Counted from the first letter of the whole stretch, positions 9,210 through 20,682 are shown. The stretch is DNA of 63,652 bases, filler included, from Chlamydiia bacterium (GCA_903848235.1; 7 parts of 7 records of this genome joined end to end with filler, not necessarily neighbours in it); one strand, 5' to 3'. Notes: generated by a model from the letters alone, not told the origin. Translations and numbers: made by a program.

Positions 9210-12200
9210 TCACGTCTTTAGCAACCCAAGAACATCTTCCCACGTGAGCTTGGAAAGAACGTCGTCGTCAGTCTCAACAATGCCAGAGATCAGATCTTTT
9301 TTCTTCTCTTGCAACTCGATAATCTTTTCCTCGATCGTCCCCTTAGTAATAAGCTTATACGACGATACTTTGAGCTTTTGCCCCATTCGCCATACTCTGT
9401 CTGTAGCTTGGTTTTCGACCGCTGGATTCCACCACATATCATAGTGAATGACGCTATCTGCTCCTACCAAGTTCAAGCCATTGCCTCCAGCACGCAGGGA
9501 GACTAAAAAGACAGGGATTGATGGGTCTTCATTGAATTGATTTACCATGCTCAGGCGATTTTTTGTTGACCCATCCAGATATAAATGAGAGATGTTTTTC
9601 TGGATAAAATCTTCTTTGATGATGCCAAGCATCTTCGTGTACTGGCTAAAGACAACCGTCTTATGTCCTCCGCCGATGAGAATCTCTAGCAAATCTTGCA
9701 GCATCTCATACTTTGCAGAGCGCACTGGCGGCGCTTCCCCTTTTGTCACCAATGAGGGGTGGCAGCAGATTTGTTTGAGCCTGGTGAGTGTAGCAAGAAC
9801 ATGAAGGCGCGCCTTGTCAAACCCCTGGCGTTCTACTAAGTCAAGGAGCTCTTCCTTGGCTCTCTTCGCCGCCGTTTGATACATCGACTGTTGTTCATCA
9901 TGGAGATAGCAATGATAGACGATATGTGAGATCGATGGCAGGTCGTCGAGGACATCCGGCTTCATGCGTCGCAATACAAAAGGTGCCACTCGTTTTTTAA
10001 GAATGTCGAACACCTTTTCACCATCTCGCACTGACGTTCGCATGTACATCTGTAAAAAGCGATCGTGAGACCCTAAAAATCCAGGCATCAGGAAGTCAAA
10101 CAAACTCCACAGGTCTTCTAATGAGTTCTCAATTGGAGTGCCTGTCAACACAAGACGGTAGTCAGCGTTCAGCCGTTTCACAGAACGGGCGTTTCGTGTC
10201 TCTCGATTTTTTATCGCTTGCGCTTCATCCAATATCACGTAGGAGAATGAAAGAGGCTCAAAATACTCCAAGTCTCTTTGAATCAATCCATACGACGTGA
10301 CGAAGACATCGACACTATTCTTCAAGCTTAAGAGCTTCCTTCTCTCTCCTGGGGCTCCGACAAAGGTAACCACCTTCAGCCCAGGCTCAAAACGGTTCAG
10401 CTCTTCCTTCCAGTTATCAACTAAAGAAGTTGGGCACACGATAAGAGAGGGAGATACCTTACACCCAGTATTATGAATCTCTGACAAGGCGCATATAGCC
10501 TGTATTGTCTTTCCAAGTCCCATATCATCGGCGAGGATGCCTCCGAGCCCAAAATCTCGAAGACGGCCTAGCCAGCGGATACCATCACGTTGATATGGAT
10601 GCAAGACTCCTTTAAAGCGCGAAGGCAGAGGTGCTGCATTCTCTACTTTTGGATCTATAAGTGTCTTCTGCAGCTCTTTAATTCCTTTGCTGCATGAGAT
10701 GGTGACCTGCCGTGCTATCGTCGCCCCTTCTTCAAGGCCAACGACACTCCACAGAGGGAGGTTCCACTCTCCATCCTTGAAAGAGGGAATAGCAAAGTCT
10801 TCGATAACGAGGCTGAGAGCTTCTACCTCCTCTTGCGGCAATATCAACAGCTTTTTGTTAAAAACCCCTTTCTCTGAGACTCCAAGTTCAATATAAGGCC
10901 GCCGAAAGCGTGCTGCATCAAGCACTTTTGACACGTCAAGGCCTGCCAGCGGTCCTGATGCTTTTAACCGACAGATAACAACCCCATGGCGCTCTCCTTC
11001 AGAAAACGTCAGGCAGATCTTTGATTGGCCAAAAAGAAAGCACCGTTTCATCGAATCGCTAAGCGTCCAGTCTACACCCTCTTTCATCGAGGGAAGTGTC
11101 TCACTGACAAAGTCAATGATGCGCTTCTCTGATTTTGTGACATAGCATCCTTCCTTATCATCGGGAGCCAGCCCCCAGAGCAGCTCTTGACTTAAGAGCA
11201 GCTCTTTCATGAGGTTTCTTGGGATCACGCATGAGCCTTGCGACAACATGCACACCTCAGCGATAGAATGCTCTTTACGAACCTCAGGAAGCTCTACCTT
11301 TCCGTAGCGGAAAGAGAGCTGGACGCTCAGCTCCCCGTCGTAGAGATCTGCCTGACAGACAGCGATGGGGTCGACGAAATACAGTGCCTGACGCATCTGT
11401 TCAAACGCTTCCGGCATGTGCACATCCCCCACTCTTTGCAGATGAGGGAGAGCATAGGAGACAAACGTTGGGAAAAGAGCTTCTGGAACAACGTAATGGT
11501 CTATTTCTGAGAGATCCACGGCCTGGCGAAAAGAAAAATGAGGGTCGAGAGGATAGTAGGTATCTTCTGACAAAACACCGGGAGGCGAGGCGATCACCAG
11601 TTTCACCCCTGCCAATGGCAATATGCCGTTTGGTAGCATAAAACTTGGTTTTATCACCAGTCTGCGATCTGACTCCTCCAGCATCTCGACAGAAAAATAT
11701 GGGCGTACAGGAGTGGTAGCAAATTGCAATGGGCGGTCAAAAGAGCCAAGAAACAGGGAGATACGCGCCTGAAGAGGATTTTTGAGAAGCGTCGACGCAC
11801 GGCTTAGGAGTGAGAAGAGAGCGCCTTGAGACAAAAACCCTACCTTTAAGGTCTTATCAGCTTTATCATGATATTCGAATTCTCGTCTGAAGAAATCGAT
11901 CAGAGGAGAACACCCTTCTCCAAAAGACTCATCATCAAGAACAACGCGTTGACTTCCTAAGATTAAGGGTTCGAGCTGCTGCAAGGCAATGAGAAACGCC
12001 TTTGGCTGCTGGATAAAAACAGGCTTTGGGCGCCCTGTCAATTTGACAGCTAGCTGGATTTCTGTCAGACGGTTGTTCAACCCATTCCACTGGCCAATGA
12101 GAATCATCAACTCCCCGGTTTCTATCTTCTCATTCGCCTCTCGAAAGAGAGATGTCTGCGCCATCCACTCTCCAGCCTTAGAATAGTCAGCGACCAGCTG

Positions 12201-12629
12201 CCGCTCTTGCTCTTTCCGTGCCCGAGCTTTTAATCGCCGTTCCACCTCTCCTATCTCAGGGTCAGCAGCAGGTGATGCACCTCGCATCTTCCCAAGATGG
12301 GTTAAGAGCATTGAATGAAAATGCTCCTCGAGGAAGAACAGCAGGCAGGCGAGATGGAGACAGTCCACACTTTGTGTGCAGTCACAGGTAGAATAGGTAA
12401 CTGTCGACTCAGAACGATCAACTTCAATGGAGCAGTCATGGGTATCTTGAAAATAACCTGTAACCTTTGCTTCAATGACAAATTGCTGAGCGGAATACGA
12501 AGCAATCCGTGCGCCAAGGCACCCTCCTTTCTCAAACAGCGCCTTTCCTTCCTTTAAGACTGCCGGACAAAATTCATGACGCATCTTTCGAAAGTTCAGA
12601 ACGGATTCTGACACAACCTGGGTTCCCAT
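9210..12629 (-). CDS. SWIM zinc finger SNF2-family helicase
   Basis: CDC..CLH, LADDMGLGKT, ILDEAQ, LTGTPIEN, QATDRVWRMGQ. Confidence 0.95.
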   Translation of the reverse strand: MGTQVVSESVLNFRKMRHEFCPAVLKEGKALFEKGGCLGARIASYSAQQFVIEAKVTGYFQDTHDCSIEVDRSESTVTYSTCDCTQSVDCLHLACLLFFLEEHFHSMLLTHLGKMRGASPAADPEIGEVERRLKARARKEQERQLVADYSKAGEWMAQTSLFREANEKIETGELMILIGQWNGLNNRLTEIQLAVKLTGRPKPVFIQQPKAFLIALQQLEPLILGSQRVVLDDESFGEGCSPLIDFFRREFEYHDKADKTLKVGFLSQGALFSLLSRASTLLKNPLQARISLFLGSFDRPLQFATTPVRPYFSVEMLEESDRRLVIKPSFMLPNGILPLAGVKLVIASPPGVLSEDTYYPLDPHFSFRQAVDLSEIDHYVVPEALFPTFVSYALPHLQRVGDVHMPEAFEQMRQALYFVDPIAVCQADLYDGELSVQLSFRYGKVELPEVRKEHSIAEVCMLSQGSCVIPRNLMKELLLSQELLWGLAPDDKEGCYVTKSEKRIIDFVSETLPSMKEGVDWTLSDSMKRCFLFGQSKICLTFSEGERHGVVICRLKASGPLAGLDVSKVLDAARFRRPYIELGVSEKGVFNKKLLILPQEEVEALSLVIEDFAIPSFKDGEWNLPLWSVVGLEEGATIARQVTISCSKGIKELQKTLIDPKVENAAPLPSRFKGVLHPYQRDGIRWLGRLRDFGLGGILADDMGLGKTIQAICALSEIHNTGCKVSPSLIVCPTSLVDNWKEELNRFEPGLKVVTFVGAPGERRKLLSLKNSVDVFVTSYGLIQRDLEYFEPLSFSYVILDEAQAIKNRETRNARSVKRLNADYRLVLTGTPIENSLEDLWSLFDFLMPGFLGSHDRFLQMYMRTSVRDGEKVFDILKKRVAPFVLRRMKPDVLDDLPSISHIVYHCYLHDEQQSMYQTAAKRAKEELLDLVERQGFDKARLHVLATLTRLKQICCHPSLVTKGEAPPVRSAKYEMLQDLLEILIGGGHKTVVFSQYTKMLGIIKEDFIQKNISHLYLDGSTKNRLSMVNQFNEDPSIPVFLVSLRAGGNGLNLVGADSVIHYDMWWNPAVENQATDRVWRMGQKLKVSSYKLITKGTIEEKIIELQEKKKDLISGIVETDDDVLSKLTWEDVLGLLKT

Positions 12630-12926
12630 TTCATTAACTCCACTGTTCTAATACAACCTCTCATCGCCTGGCTCACTACCCAGATGAGGACGGACTTTTC
12701 AAAAATCCAAAATCACGTCTATGTCCGCAATATCCTTTTCAGATATCCACCATGGTATCTTTTGAACTGGCTACTGGATCGGACAGTCTCATGCTTTCGC
12801 AAAAAGGCTAGATAAGCGCAACCTTATTGGTCGCTGCAGCGTTATTCGCAAAACTTTTTGATTTTCGCAAGAGAAAACATTATTTCTTTACACCCCTTCG
12901 AGAGCAATCATAAAAAAAGTTTTTTT

Positions 12927-12972
12927 CCGGAGGCTTTTGCAAAACGAGCAGCTGCGATATGCAAAGCTCCGG
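12927..12972. repeat. Mini hairpin with IS5-like end
   Basis: CCGGAGGCTTTTGCAAAA...TGCAAAGCTCCGG. Confidence 0.65.
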
Positions 12973-13149
12973 CGACGATGGAAAAGTTTATCTCGACGAG
13001 GCCAATAGCATTCGCTATTGGTAGAGATGGGTATTTTTACCCTTCCTGAGCAATTCATTTAGGAGTCAAGTTCAAGAATCGTTGCAGAAATTAGGCATCT
13101 CCTTGTACCCTTTACACGTCACTTGGCACCCGATATTGGGTGCTACTAC

Positions 13150-13222
<73 letters not shown>

Positions 13223-13224
13223 AC

Positions 13225-13296
13225 GCGGGCGTAGCTCAGTGGTAGAGCATCACGTTGCCAACGTGATTGTCGTGGGTTCGATCCCCATCGCCCGCT
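13225..13296 (+). tRNA. tRNA-Gly(GCC)
   Basis: Acceptor GCGGGCG/CGCCCGC, anticodon loop TTGCCAA, GTTCGAT T-loop. Confidence 0.93.
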
Positions 13297-13317
13297 TTTT
13301 TTTAAGCCTCGAATGGC

Positions 13318-14763
13318 TTGAGCAGACAGCCTCTCTCTTCAATCATTAAATGTGAGACTCTTACAGTGAACGACGAAAGTTCAGGGCGCCTTTTCTCAAA
13401 TGACAATCTCTCGGTGCAATGCACCCACAGACCTGGGTGTGTCATTGAAATGGTCGTAAAAGCGACACCAGCAGCATGCCAAGCCTCCTATCAGAAGGCC
13501 CTCAGAGAGGTACGAAAAGAGATCTCTCTTCCTGGGTTTCGCAAAGGGCATGTCCCTGAGGAGATGCTCCACAAACACTTCGAACCTCAAGTCGATAAAA
13601 GAACGCAAAACCTAGTCGTCATGACAGCTTTTGATGAAGCCGTCCGCTTAGTTGGGCGTCAGCCATTTGCAAAAAACAGCGTACGCAAAAATGTCGTTCG
13701 AAAATTTTCTAAAGATACCGGCGCTGAGATCCTATTTGAATACGAAGCCTCGCCACAAGTGCCAGCGATAGAAATTGAGAGTTTGAGAATCGAGGCCATC
13801 TCGCCACAAATGCCCTCTGAACATGACGCAGAAGAATTTTACACTCGCTTACGATTTCTCTATTGCGAGAAAAAATCCATTGAAAATCATGCCGTCGTCG
13901 ATGGCGATGCCGTAAAGGTAGAAATCACCCAAGCCCCGGACACAACGCCTAAAAACGGTGAGTTTTACGTGCATCACGGACTCCTCCCAGAATGGATGTA
14001 TGTTGCGGTGATTGGAATGAATGCCGGTGAGGCAAAAGAGGTCACCCTCCCAACGACATCAGGGCAAGCGCAGCCCACGGTATGCGTTGTTAAGGTCGTA
14101 GAAGTCCTTGAATGCCTTCTTCCTGAAGAAAACGACTCTTTTGCTACGACAGTAGGAGCCACGTCGATCGACGATCTGAAGCAAAAGATTCTCATACGTT
14201 TAGAATACGATGCTAAAAACGCTGTCCAAGAGAAGATGCGTCGGCAGGTGAGAAACGAACTCATACGTTTATATGCCTTTGACCTCCCACAATCACTGGT
14301 AGAGGGTGAAACGGAAGCGCGTTTTCGCCCATATTGGGAAACAGTGTCAAAAGAGGCAAAAGCACCTGTTGACAAAGAAACGATGCGAAAGTCATTTCTC
14401 GAAGAGGTAAAGCGGCAGTTTACATGCTTCTTTCTATTCCAGCCTCTGTTTGCCAAGATCAAGCCGTCATATACCAATGCTGAACTTATGGACGAGCTGA
14501 ACTATCAAGCATCAAAAGTTCCAGTCACCCAGTGCGTCCTCCACTCCAAATTAAAGGAAGAAGAAATCTTCGATCGTCTTCTCTCCAACATCATCATGCG
14601 TCAGTGTGAAGATTATTGCATTGAACAGCGCCTCGGCATTATGCGTCCGACATTAGCTCGTGAAGAGACGCACGAGAATCTCGAAGGTGTCAAAGAGTGT
14701 TCTTGCCACGACGAAGAGTGTGACGAATGCGGCGAAAACGAGCACACACATTGTTGCGAGTAA
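13318..14763 (+). CDS. tig: Trigger factor (start possibly GTG 13366)
   Basis: LPGFRKGHVP ribosome-binding motif; tRNA-Gly-tig-clpP-clpX context. Confidence 0.88.
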   Translation: MSRQPLSSIIKCETLTVNDESSGRLFSNDNLSVQCTHRPGCVIEMVVKATPAACQASYQKALREVRKEISLPGFRKGHVPEEMLHKHFEPQVDKRTQNLVVMTAFDEAVRLVGRQPFAKNSVRKNVVRKFSKDTGAEILFEYEASPQVPAIEIESLRIEAISPQMPSEHDAEEFYTRLRFLYCEKKSIENHAVVDGDAVKVEITQAPDTTPKNGEFYVHHGLLPEWMYVAVIGMNAGEAKEVTLPTTSGQAQPTVCVVKVVEVLECLLPEENDSFATTVGATSIDDLKQKILIRLEYDAKNAVQEKMRRQVRNELIRLYAFDLPQSLVEGETEARFRPYWETVSKEAKAPVDKETMRKSFLEEVKRQFTCFFLFQPLFAKIKPSYTNAELMDELNYQASKVPVTQCVLHSKLKEEEIFDRLLSNIIMRQCEDYCIEQRLGIMRPTLAREETHENLEGVKECSCHDEECDECGENEHTHCCE

Positions 14764-14826
14764 AGAATCAATTTTTTCTTTCCTGATTCTGAAGAAAAGA
14801 GTTACCATTCCTTTTGCGCGACTTTT

Positions 14827-14887
14827 GGGACTGTCCAAGAATTTATACCTCTTCTTGTTCAAGAAGAGGTATAAGTTGGACAGTCCC
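14827..14887. repeat. 61-bp hairpin with a 30-bp TATACC...GGTATA core
   Basis: GGGACTGTCCAA/TTGGACAGTCCC outer arms; core 14844-14873 matches 26984-27013 at 26/30. Confidence 0.85.
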
Positions 14888-14915
14888 TAAGCTGGACTTT
14901 AGAACGAGAGGTATA

Positions 14916-15476
14916 ATGAGCTCTACACCAGTGTCAAGCGATATACCAACCAGAACTTTCTCATGTCCCGCTCTTTGCCAATGGCAAGTGAATCGAGATC
15001 CATTACTTGATGATGACGTACCAATATACGAATTCGAGGAGTCTAGCTCAAATGGCTCTACAGACTCAGAAGACCATATGAGTGAGGCCGATAAAGCCTT
15101 GAGAGTGCCTAGACCAATTTATCAGCACAGTTCCGAAGAAACGTCTCCGCCCTTAGCGCCCATGGACATCGAAGGCCCACTTCCTTCCAAAATAGTTGAT
15201 AGAAGAGGAGATCTTTTTGCTGAGGAACTCCATCGGAGGCTAGCCGATTCTCTCTTCCCGCCTGAAGGACAAGTAGGTGTAGAAAGAGAGAAAGGCGCCG
15301 AAGGCGATCAGATGTTGTCCGATGCGGAAATACTTCGTGCACAACACGAAGCGCAAGAAAGAGCTGCTCGGGATCAGGAGGCCTGCGAACGAGCCCATCA
15401 GCAGCATCTAGCAGAGACTCTACAAAACCAAGCACATGTCCACGGCAATGGCCACGTCTCATCCACAAATCCTTAG
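14916..15476 (+). CDS. Acidic low-complexity ORFan between tig and clpP, candidate effector
   Basis: GAGAGG RBS, ATG 14916, MSSTPVSS N-terminus, E/Q-rich helix. Confidence 0.7.
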   Translation: MSSTPVSSDIPTRTFSCPALCQWQVNRDPLLDDDVPIYEFEESSSNGSTDSEDHMSEADKALRVPRPIYQHSSEETSPPLAPMDIEGPLPSKIVDRRGDLFAEELHRRLADSLFPPEGQVGVEREKGAEGDQMLSDAEILRAQHEAQERAARDQEACERAHQQHLAETLQNQAHVHGNGHVSSTNP

Positions 15477-15533
15477 GGACTGGAGAAGGAAAATCCTTGC
15501 CCAGGAATTTAGATCTGATATTATATTGCTCAT

Positions 15534-15594
15534 GAGGCTTTTGCAAAACCAGCTGGCGCGAGCAGAGTGTACCCGCTAGTTTTGCAAAAGGCTC
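15534..15594. mobile_element. 61-bp MITE-like element with IS5/IS1106-like terminal inverted repeats
   Basis: GAGGCTTTTGCAAAAC...GTTTTGCAAAAGGCTC. Confidence 0.7.
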
Positions 15595-15708
15595 CAAAAG
15601 CAACCATTTTCTGACCTAGACAGAGTTTGCATGTCGGGGAATGGCGAGTTGTAGATGGTTTTCATAACACTCATTACCATATTTACCTTTTTGACTTAGG
15701 GACCGATC

Positions 15709-16332
15709 ATGGATAAACCTCTTCTTGCTTCTTCTCTCACACCTTATGTCATCGAAGACACCGCGCGCGGCGAACGGGTGATGGACATCTACTCCCGGCT
15801 TTTAAAAGACCGGATTATCTTCCTCGGCACTGACATCAACGATCACGTTGCTAACGTCGTCGTCGCTCAGCTGCTTTTCTTGAAGATGGAAGACCCAAAA
15901 AAAGATATCCACCTGTACATCAACAGCCCTGGTGGCTCAGTGACGGCAGGCCTTGCCATCTACGACACCATGGCTTCCATCGGATGCGCTGTAAACACCT
16001 ACTGTATCGGCCAGGCGGCATCCATGGGCTCTCTTCTCCTGGCAGCAGGGACGCACGGAAAGCGCTTTGCCCTTCCCAATAGCCGGGTGATGATTCACCA
16101 GCCATGGGGCGGCATCGGCGGCACCTCAGCAGATGTCGAGCGCCAGGCAAAAGAGATCATCTATATGAAACGCCGCCTCGCGCAGATCCTTGCCGACAGC
16201 TGCAACCAGCCTCTCGATAAGATTCTCGAAGATACAGAACGGGACTTTTTCATGAGTGCTGAAGAGTCCGTTGCCTATGGACTGACAGACTCTGTATTAG
16301 TTTCTAAGAAAAAAGAAGGCACGCCTTCATAA
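15709..16332 (+). CDS. clpP: ATP-dependent Clp protease proteolytic subunit (ClpP2 type)
   Basis: [32 protein letters not shown]. Confidence 0.97.
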   Translation: MDKPLLASSLTPYVIEDTARGERVMDIYSRLLKDRIIFLGTDINDHVANVVVAQLLFLKMEDPKKDIHLYINSPGGSVTAGLAIYDTMASIGCAVNTYCIGQAASMGSLLLAAGTHGKRFALPNSRVMIHQPWGGIGGTSADVERQAKEIIYMKRRLAQILADSCNQPLDKILEDTERDFFMSAEESVAYGLTDSVLVSKKKEGTPS

Positions 16333-16348
16333 CCCATAAGATACGCCT

Positions 16349-17575
16349 GTGTTCACCAAAGAAACTGCTAGCTGCTCTTTTTGTGGTCGCCCCGAAGAAG
16401 CGGTAGAAAAGCTCATCGCGGGTCCTAATGCCTATATCTGTGAGAGATGTGTTGATCTCTGCAGTGGTATACTCGAAAAGCGCCCTAAGGCATCACCCTC
16501 GCCAAAACGTGAACTGAAAATACTGAAGCCCAGAGATATAAAGGCAAAATTCGACGAGTATGTCATCGGCCAGGAATCGGCAAAAAGAATCATTTCCGTC
16601 GCTGTGTATAATCACTATAAGCGGATTTCAGAGGCAGCGAAGACGAAGGGCGTCGAATTTAACAAATCAAACGTCCTTCTCTTTGGCCCCACAGGATCTG
16701 GAAAGACGCTCATCGCAAAAACACTGGCTCAGATGCTAGATGTCCCCTTTGCAATCGCAGATGCCACTACCCTCACTGAAGCTGGCTATGTCGGCGAAGA
16801 TGTCGAGAATATTATCCTCCGTCTTCTTCAAAACGCAGATTTTGACGTCGAACGCGCAGAACGGGGTATTATCTATATTGATGAGATCGACAAGATTCAT
16901 CGCACCACATCGAACGTCTCTATCACCCGTGACGTCTCCGGGGAGGGCGTCCAGCAGGCGCTTCTCAAAATCGTCGAGGGGACGGTGGCGAATGTCCCGC
17001 CAAAAGGCGGGAGAAAGCACCCGAACCAAGAATATATCAAAATTAACACCGACAACATTCTTTTCATCGCCGGTGGGGCTTTTGTCGGTCTTGACAAAAT
17101 CATCGCCAAGCGTCTTGGACATTCGACCATTGGATTTAACGCCGAGGAGAGCGCTTCCATCCACGAACACGACAAGCTTCTTGCAAAAGTAGAGCCGGAA
17201 GACTTCATTCAATTCGGGATGATCCCTGAGTTTATAGGACGCTTTAACTGCATTGCAAACTGCAATGAACTCTCACAGGCGGATCTTGTCAGCATCCTTG
17301 TTGAGCCAAAAAACGCTGTTGTAAAGCAATTTCAAGCTCTCTTCTCTTTGGAAAATGTAAATCTCGACTTTACGCGTGACGCCCTCGAAGCCATTGCGCA
17401 ACGTGCGCATGACGCAGGGACAGGAGCTCGTGCTCTGCGGATGATTCTCGAGTCTACCATGCAGGACCTGATGTTTGAGGTGCCAACCGACCCCTCCATC
17501 CGTGAGATCCTCGTTGACAAAGAGGTCATTCTCAATGGTGAAGCGCCAAAAGTTCTCCGCGATAAGTCTGCGTAG
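16349..17575 (+). CDS. clpX: ATP-dependent Clp protease ATPase ClpX
   Basis: CSFC zinc finger, [27 protein letters not shown] loop, GARALR. Confidence 0.97.
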   Translation: MFTKETASCSFCGRPEEAVEKLIAGPNAYICERCVDLCSGILEKRPKASPSPKRELKILKPRDIKAKFDEYVIGQESAKRIISVAVYNHYKRISEAAKTKGVEFNKSNVLLFGPTGSGKTLIAKTLAQMLDVPFAIADATTLTEAGYVGEDVENIILRLLQNADFDVERAERGIIYIDEIDKIHRTTSNVSITRDVSGEGVQQALLKIVEGTVANVPPKGGRKHPNQEYIKINTDNILFIAGGAFVGLDKIIAKRLGHSTIGFNAEESASIHEHDKLLAKVEPEDFIQFGMIPEFIGRFNCIANCNELSQADLVSILVEPKNAVVKQFQALFSLENVNLDFTRDALEAIAQRAHDAGTGARALRMILESTMQDLMFEVPTDPSIREILVDKEVILNGEAPKVLRDKSA

Positions 17576-17840
17576 CCTTTGTGTCGAATTGGGTATACTC
17601 GTCGCTTCACACTCGGCAGTATATTTCAATAGTTTTTTCCATTTTCCTCAATAAATATTGACGAAAAATCTCCAATTTAACCTGGCTCCAAAAAATACAT
17701 GATATTTTTTGACCAGCCCATTTGTTATAAAACTTTTATTATACTATAATACCAAGTAGAGGGTGATGAAAGATTAAGGGCCATTCCTTATGGGGGGAAA
17801 CCTCGAGGAAGCCACCCTTCTAATTATAAGGAGAGCGAAT

Positions 17841-20030
17841 ATGAGCTCATCTACTTCAGGCGTTCAAGCGTCTAACCAGACAATGGTTACATTCCTTACA
17901 CAGACCTCTCCCACTGATCAACCGGTGACACAGCAGAGAGTTTTTGATTTTGAAATCACACGGGAAGCTCAGACGTATTATGAGAATCAGATGTCAATCA
18001 TCCAGTATGCCCTGCTCGATGGCCGTGCGTGGGATCCAACAACTGGAGTTGGCGGAACACTGACCCCACAACAGGCACTCGACACCGTGCGAGCTGCCGT
18101 TGCAGCTCTGAACAGCTGGTCTAAGTATAAATATGTCGATGCAAATGGGCGTCAACAGGAGAGTTCATGGGATCCATTAACGGCTCCCTTCACAACAGCG
18201 TCGACGATGAGCCGGTATATGGCCCAAGGGCTTGACACCCTTATCCGAACGATGAACGCGGCAGGGATTAATCCTCTCCAAGTCTTACCTGACTACCCCT
18301 CTTGGGGAACTGCTCTTGTTACGATTCGAAGTGATGATCTATCAACTTCCCCCATCTACAATATTCGTTCTGTCTTATCCACTGCCTTGTCAGCAGCGGC
18401 CAACGCAGTAATCGCCGGCGACTCCTCGACACAATCCCAGTCTATCCAGCAACTGCTGATGGTCGATTACGTAGCAAGTGGAAATGAGATATTGTATGGA
18501 GAAATGAACCAGCTGCAGACAGCAGTGAATTTAAACCAACAGATCCTCTCCTACCTCAACTCACTACAAGACCTCATGAACCAAAAAGACCCGCAGCACT
18601 TCTTGATGAACTTGCAACAGTTGAACTCAACATCGCCAAACTACGCACAATTTGAAAAGGAAACCTTTGGCGATCAAATCCTGGGGACGACACCTAAGTT
18701 CACGGACGCAACACTTTCAAATTATGTCGCCCTCATGGCGATTCAAACTGCCGGTCTTGATCCGACTGATCCTTTGGTCCTCGCCCAATATAATCTCATC
18801 TCCAATGACACACAGTTCCTCAGCCTCTGCGGTGCATTGACGGACACCTCTTCAGGATCGGCCATACTGGATGCGGCAAACACGCAAAACTATACAATAA
18901 TTCCAACGGATATCGCAACTAAGTACAACTTAACCGCGGCCGAACAAACAGCCGTTCTTGCGTACATGAGCGGCCAGACTCCTTATCCAGCAGGAGCAAC
19001 ATCTGTCGATGTTCTTCTAGTGCTTCAAACGGCAGGCCTTGATCCTACTGATCCTGCTATCCAGACTGAATTTGGCCTCACATCTCAGGATGTGAGTGAT
19101 TACGCGATCATCCTGACGATTCAGGATGCTGGGCTTGATCCGACAGATGCGACTGTTCAAGCAACGTATAATTTGATTCCACGAACCGTTGCCACCTCAT
19201 TCTACAGCCTCTGCCAAACATTGACGGACGCCTCTTCTGGAACCGCCATACTAAACGTTGCAAACACGCAAGGCTTTACAATAATTCCACCGACTATCGC
19301 TGCCCTGTACGGCTTAAATGCAGACAAACAAGCAGCCATTCTTGCGTACATGAGCACTGGAACAATTTCTTCTGACCTCACATACGCTGATGCCAATCCA
19401 TATCCATTAGGGGCGACCTCCGTTGCTGTGCTCTTAAGCCTTCATGCGGCAGGCCTTGACCCCACCAGTTCCGCTATCCAGAGTGAATTTGGCCTTACAT
19501 CCCAGGATGTGAGCGATTACGCAATCATCCAGACGATTCTGACCGCAGGGCTTGATCCGACAGATGAGACTGTTCAAACAGAATATGGCCTTGTCTCACG
19601 ATCCGTCGCAGCAAATGGAACATCACCGCAAGCACTTGTCGACATTGTAACAGGGAAATTCGAGAATAGCGGTAGTGGCCTACAACAGATCATCGACAAC
19701 CTCACTGCCCTCATCGCAAAAGCACAACAGTACGTAGACCCACAAAGTGGGGCCTCTGTTGTCTCTGAATTACAGCGCATATTACTTGACTTTCAGGGTG
19801 CTGGCTCCATTCAGACATGGGTTACAAACTTCGCCAATCAAAACGAAGGCGCCTACCAAGCACATTTAAACAACGGTATCACAGCCTCCCAGGCATTGAA
19901 CGATACTGAACGCGAACAGCTCCAACAGGTGATGTTCGTCTATCAAGAGTTCTACCAATCTGCAACAAGCATGTTGAGCTCTTTGAACCAGTTGCTGCAA
20001 AGCATCGCGTCGAACATTAGCTCGCAGTAA
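17841..20030 (+). CDS. DUF582-like (CT620/CT621/CT711 type) candidate T3SS effector with internal repeats
   Basis: AGGAG RBS, MSSSTSG N-terminus, C-terminal ITASQALND..FVYQEFYQSATSML..LNQLLQSIASNI helix; five AGLDPT motifs. Confidence 0.6.
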   Translation: MSSSTSGVQASNQTMVTFLTQTSPTDQPVTQQRVFDFEITREAQTYYENQMSIIQYALLDGRAWDPTTGVGGTLTPQQALDTVRAAVAALNSWSKYKYVDANGRQQESSWDPLTAPFTTASTMSRYMAQGLDTLIRTMNAAGINPLQVLPDYPSWGTALVTIRSDDLSTSPIYNIRSVLSTALSAAANAVIAGDSSTQSQSIQQLLMVDYVASGNEILYGEMNQLQTAVNLNQQILSYLNSLQDLMNQKDPQHFLMNLQQLNSTSPNYAQFEKETFGDQILGTTPKFTDATLSNYVALMAIQTAGLDPTDPLVLAQYNLISNDTQFLSLCGALTDTSSGSAILDAANTQNYTIIPTDIATKYNLTAAEQTAVLAYMSGQTPYPAGATSVDVLLVLQTAGLDPTDPAIQTEFGLTSQDVSDYAIILTIQDAGLDPTDATVQATYNLIPRTVATSFYSLCQTLTDASSGTAILNVANTQGFTIIPPTIAALYGLNADKQAAILAYMSTGTISSDLTYADANPYPLGATSVAVLLSLHAAGLDPTSSAIQSEFGLTSQDVSDYAIIQTILTAGLDPTDETVQTEYGLVSRSVAANGTSPQALVDIVTGKFENSGSGLQQIIDNLTALIAKAQQYVDPQSGASVVSELQRILLDFQGAGSIQTWVTNFANQNEGAYQAHLNNGITASQALNDTEREQLQQVMFVYQEFYQSATSMLSSLNQLLQSIASNISSQ

Positions 20031-20064
20031 TAACTTTTCTCCTCTCTTACTTGGAGGATTACGT

Positions 20065-20682
20065 ATGAGCATCGAGACTTCCGACATCTTTCTCGACCCA
20101 TTCTATGCAAAAACGTTAACACAGTATGGTGGCGATACTATCCCTATCGACGCCCTCGTATGGCAGAAGTTTGTCGGAATTAATAACATTGACGTCTCAC
20201 AGCCGCTGACAGACGCACAAAAAGATGCTTTTAAAGCATTTCTACAACGCTATCTAGCCTGGGGATTAACCGTCGATGACCTCACTGGCACCGCCATACA
20301 GCCTTCATCGTCTAACTACCAATCGTGCTACGTCCTTGCCGCAAGCCTTTTCCCAGGCATCACCGCCGTTGAAATGAAAGATATCTGGAATGGCTTCTTA
20401 AAGAAATTTTCTCTCGATAGCCGCCAAATAAAATCCCAAGATCTTTCGGCGCTCTTCACGAACTATCTAAAGACCCTGTATGACAATCTCAATGCCTATG
20501 AAGCTCTCTCTCCAAGCCAACAAACTCCTGAACGATCTCCAGATGAAGTCTATCAAATAGCTCTATGGAACAGATTTTTAGAGGTCTATGGGTATTCAGC
20601 TCGAGATACAAGCACGAAGGCTCTTAAAGAGCAATTTTGCGCCTTCGTCCGGCAGTATACGAATTGGCATGTAGACCTTACG
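20065..20682 (+). CDS. Hypothetical protein, 3' truncated at contig end
   Basis: GGAGG RBS, open to linker; repeated W..F(L/V)..(Y/F) helical units. Confidence 0.75.
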
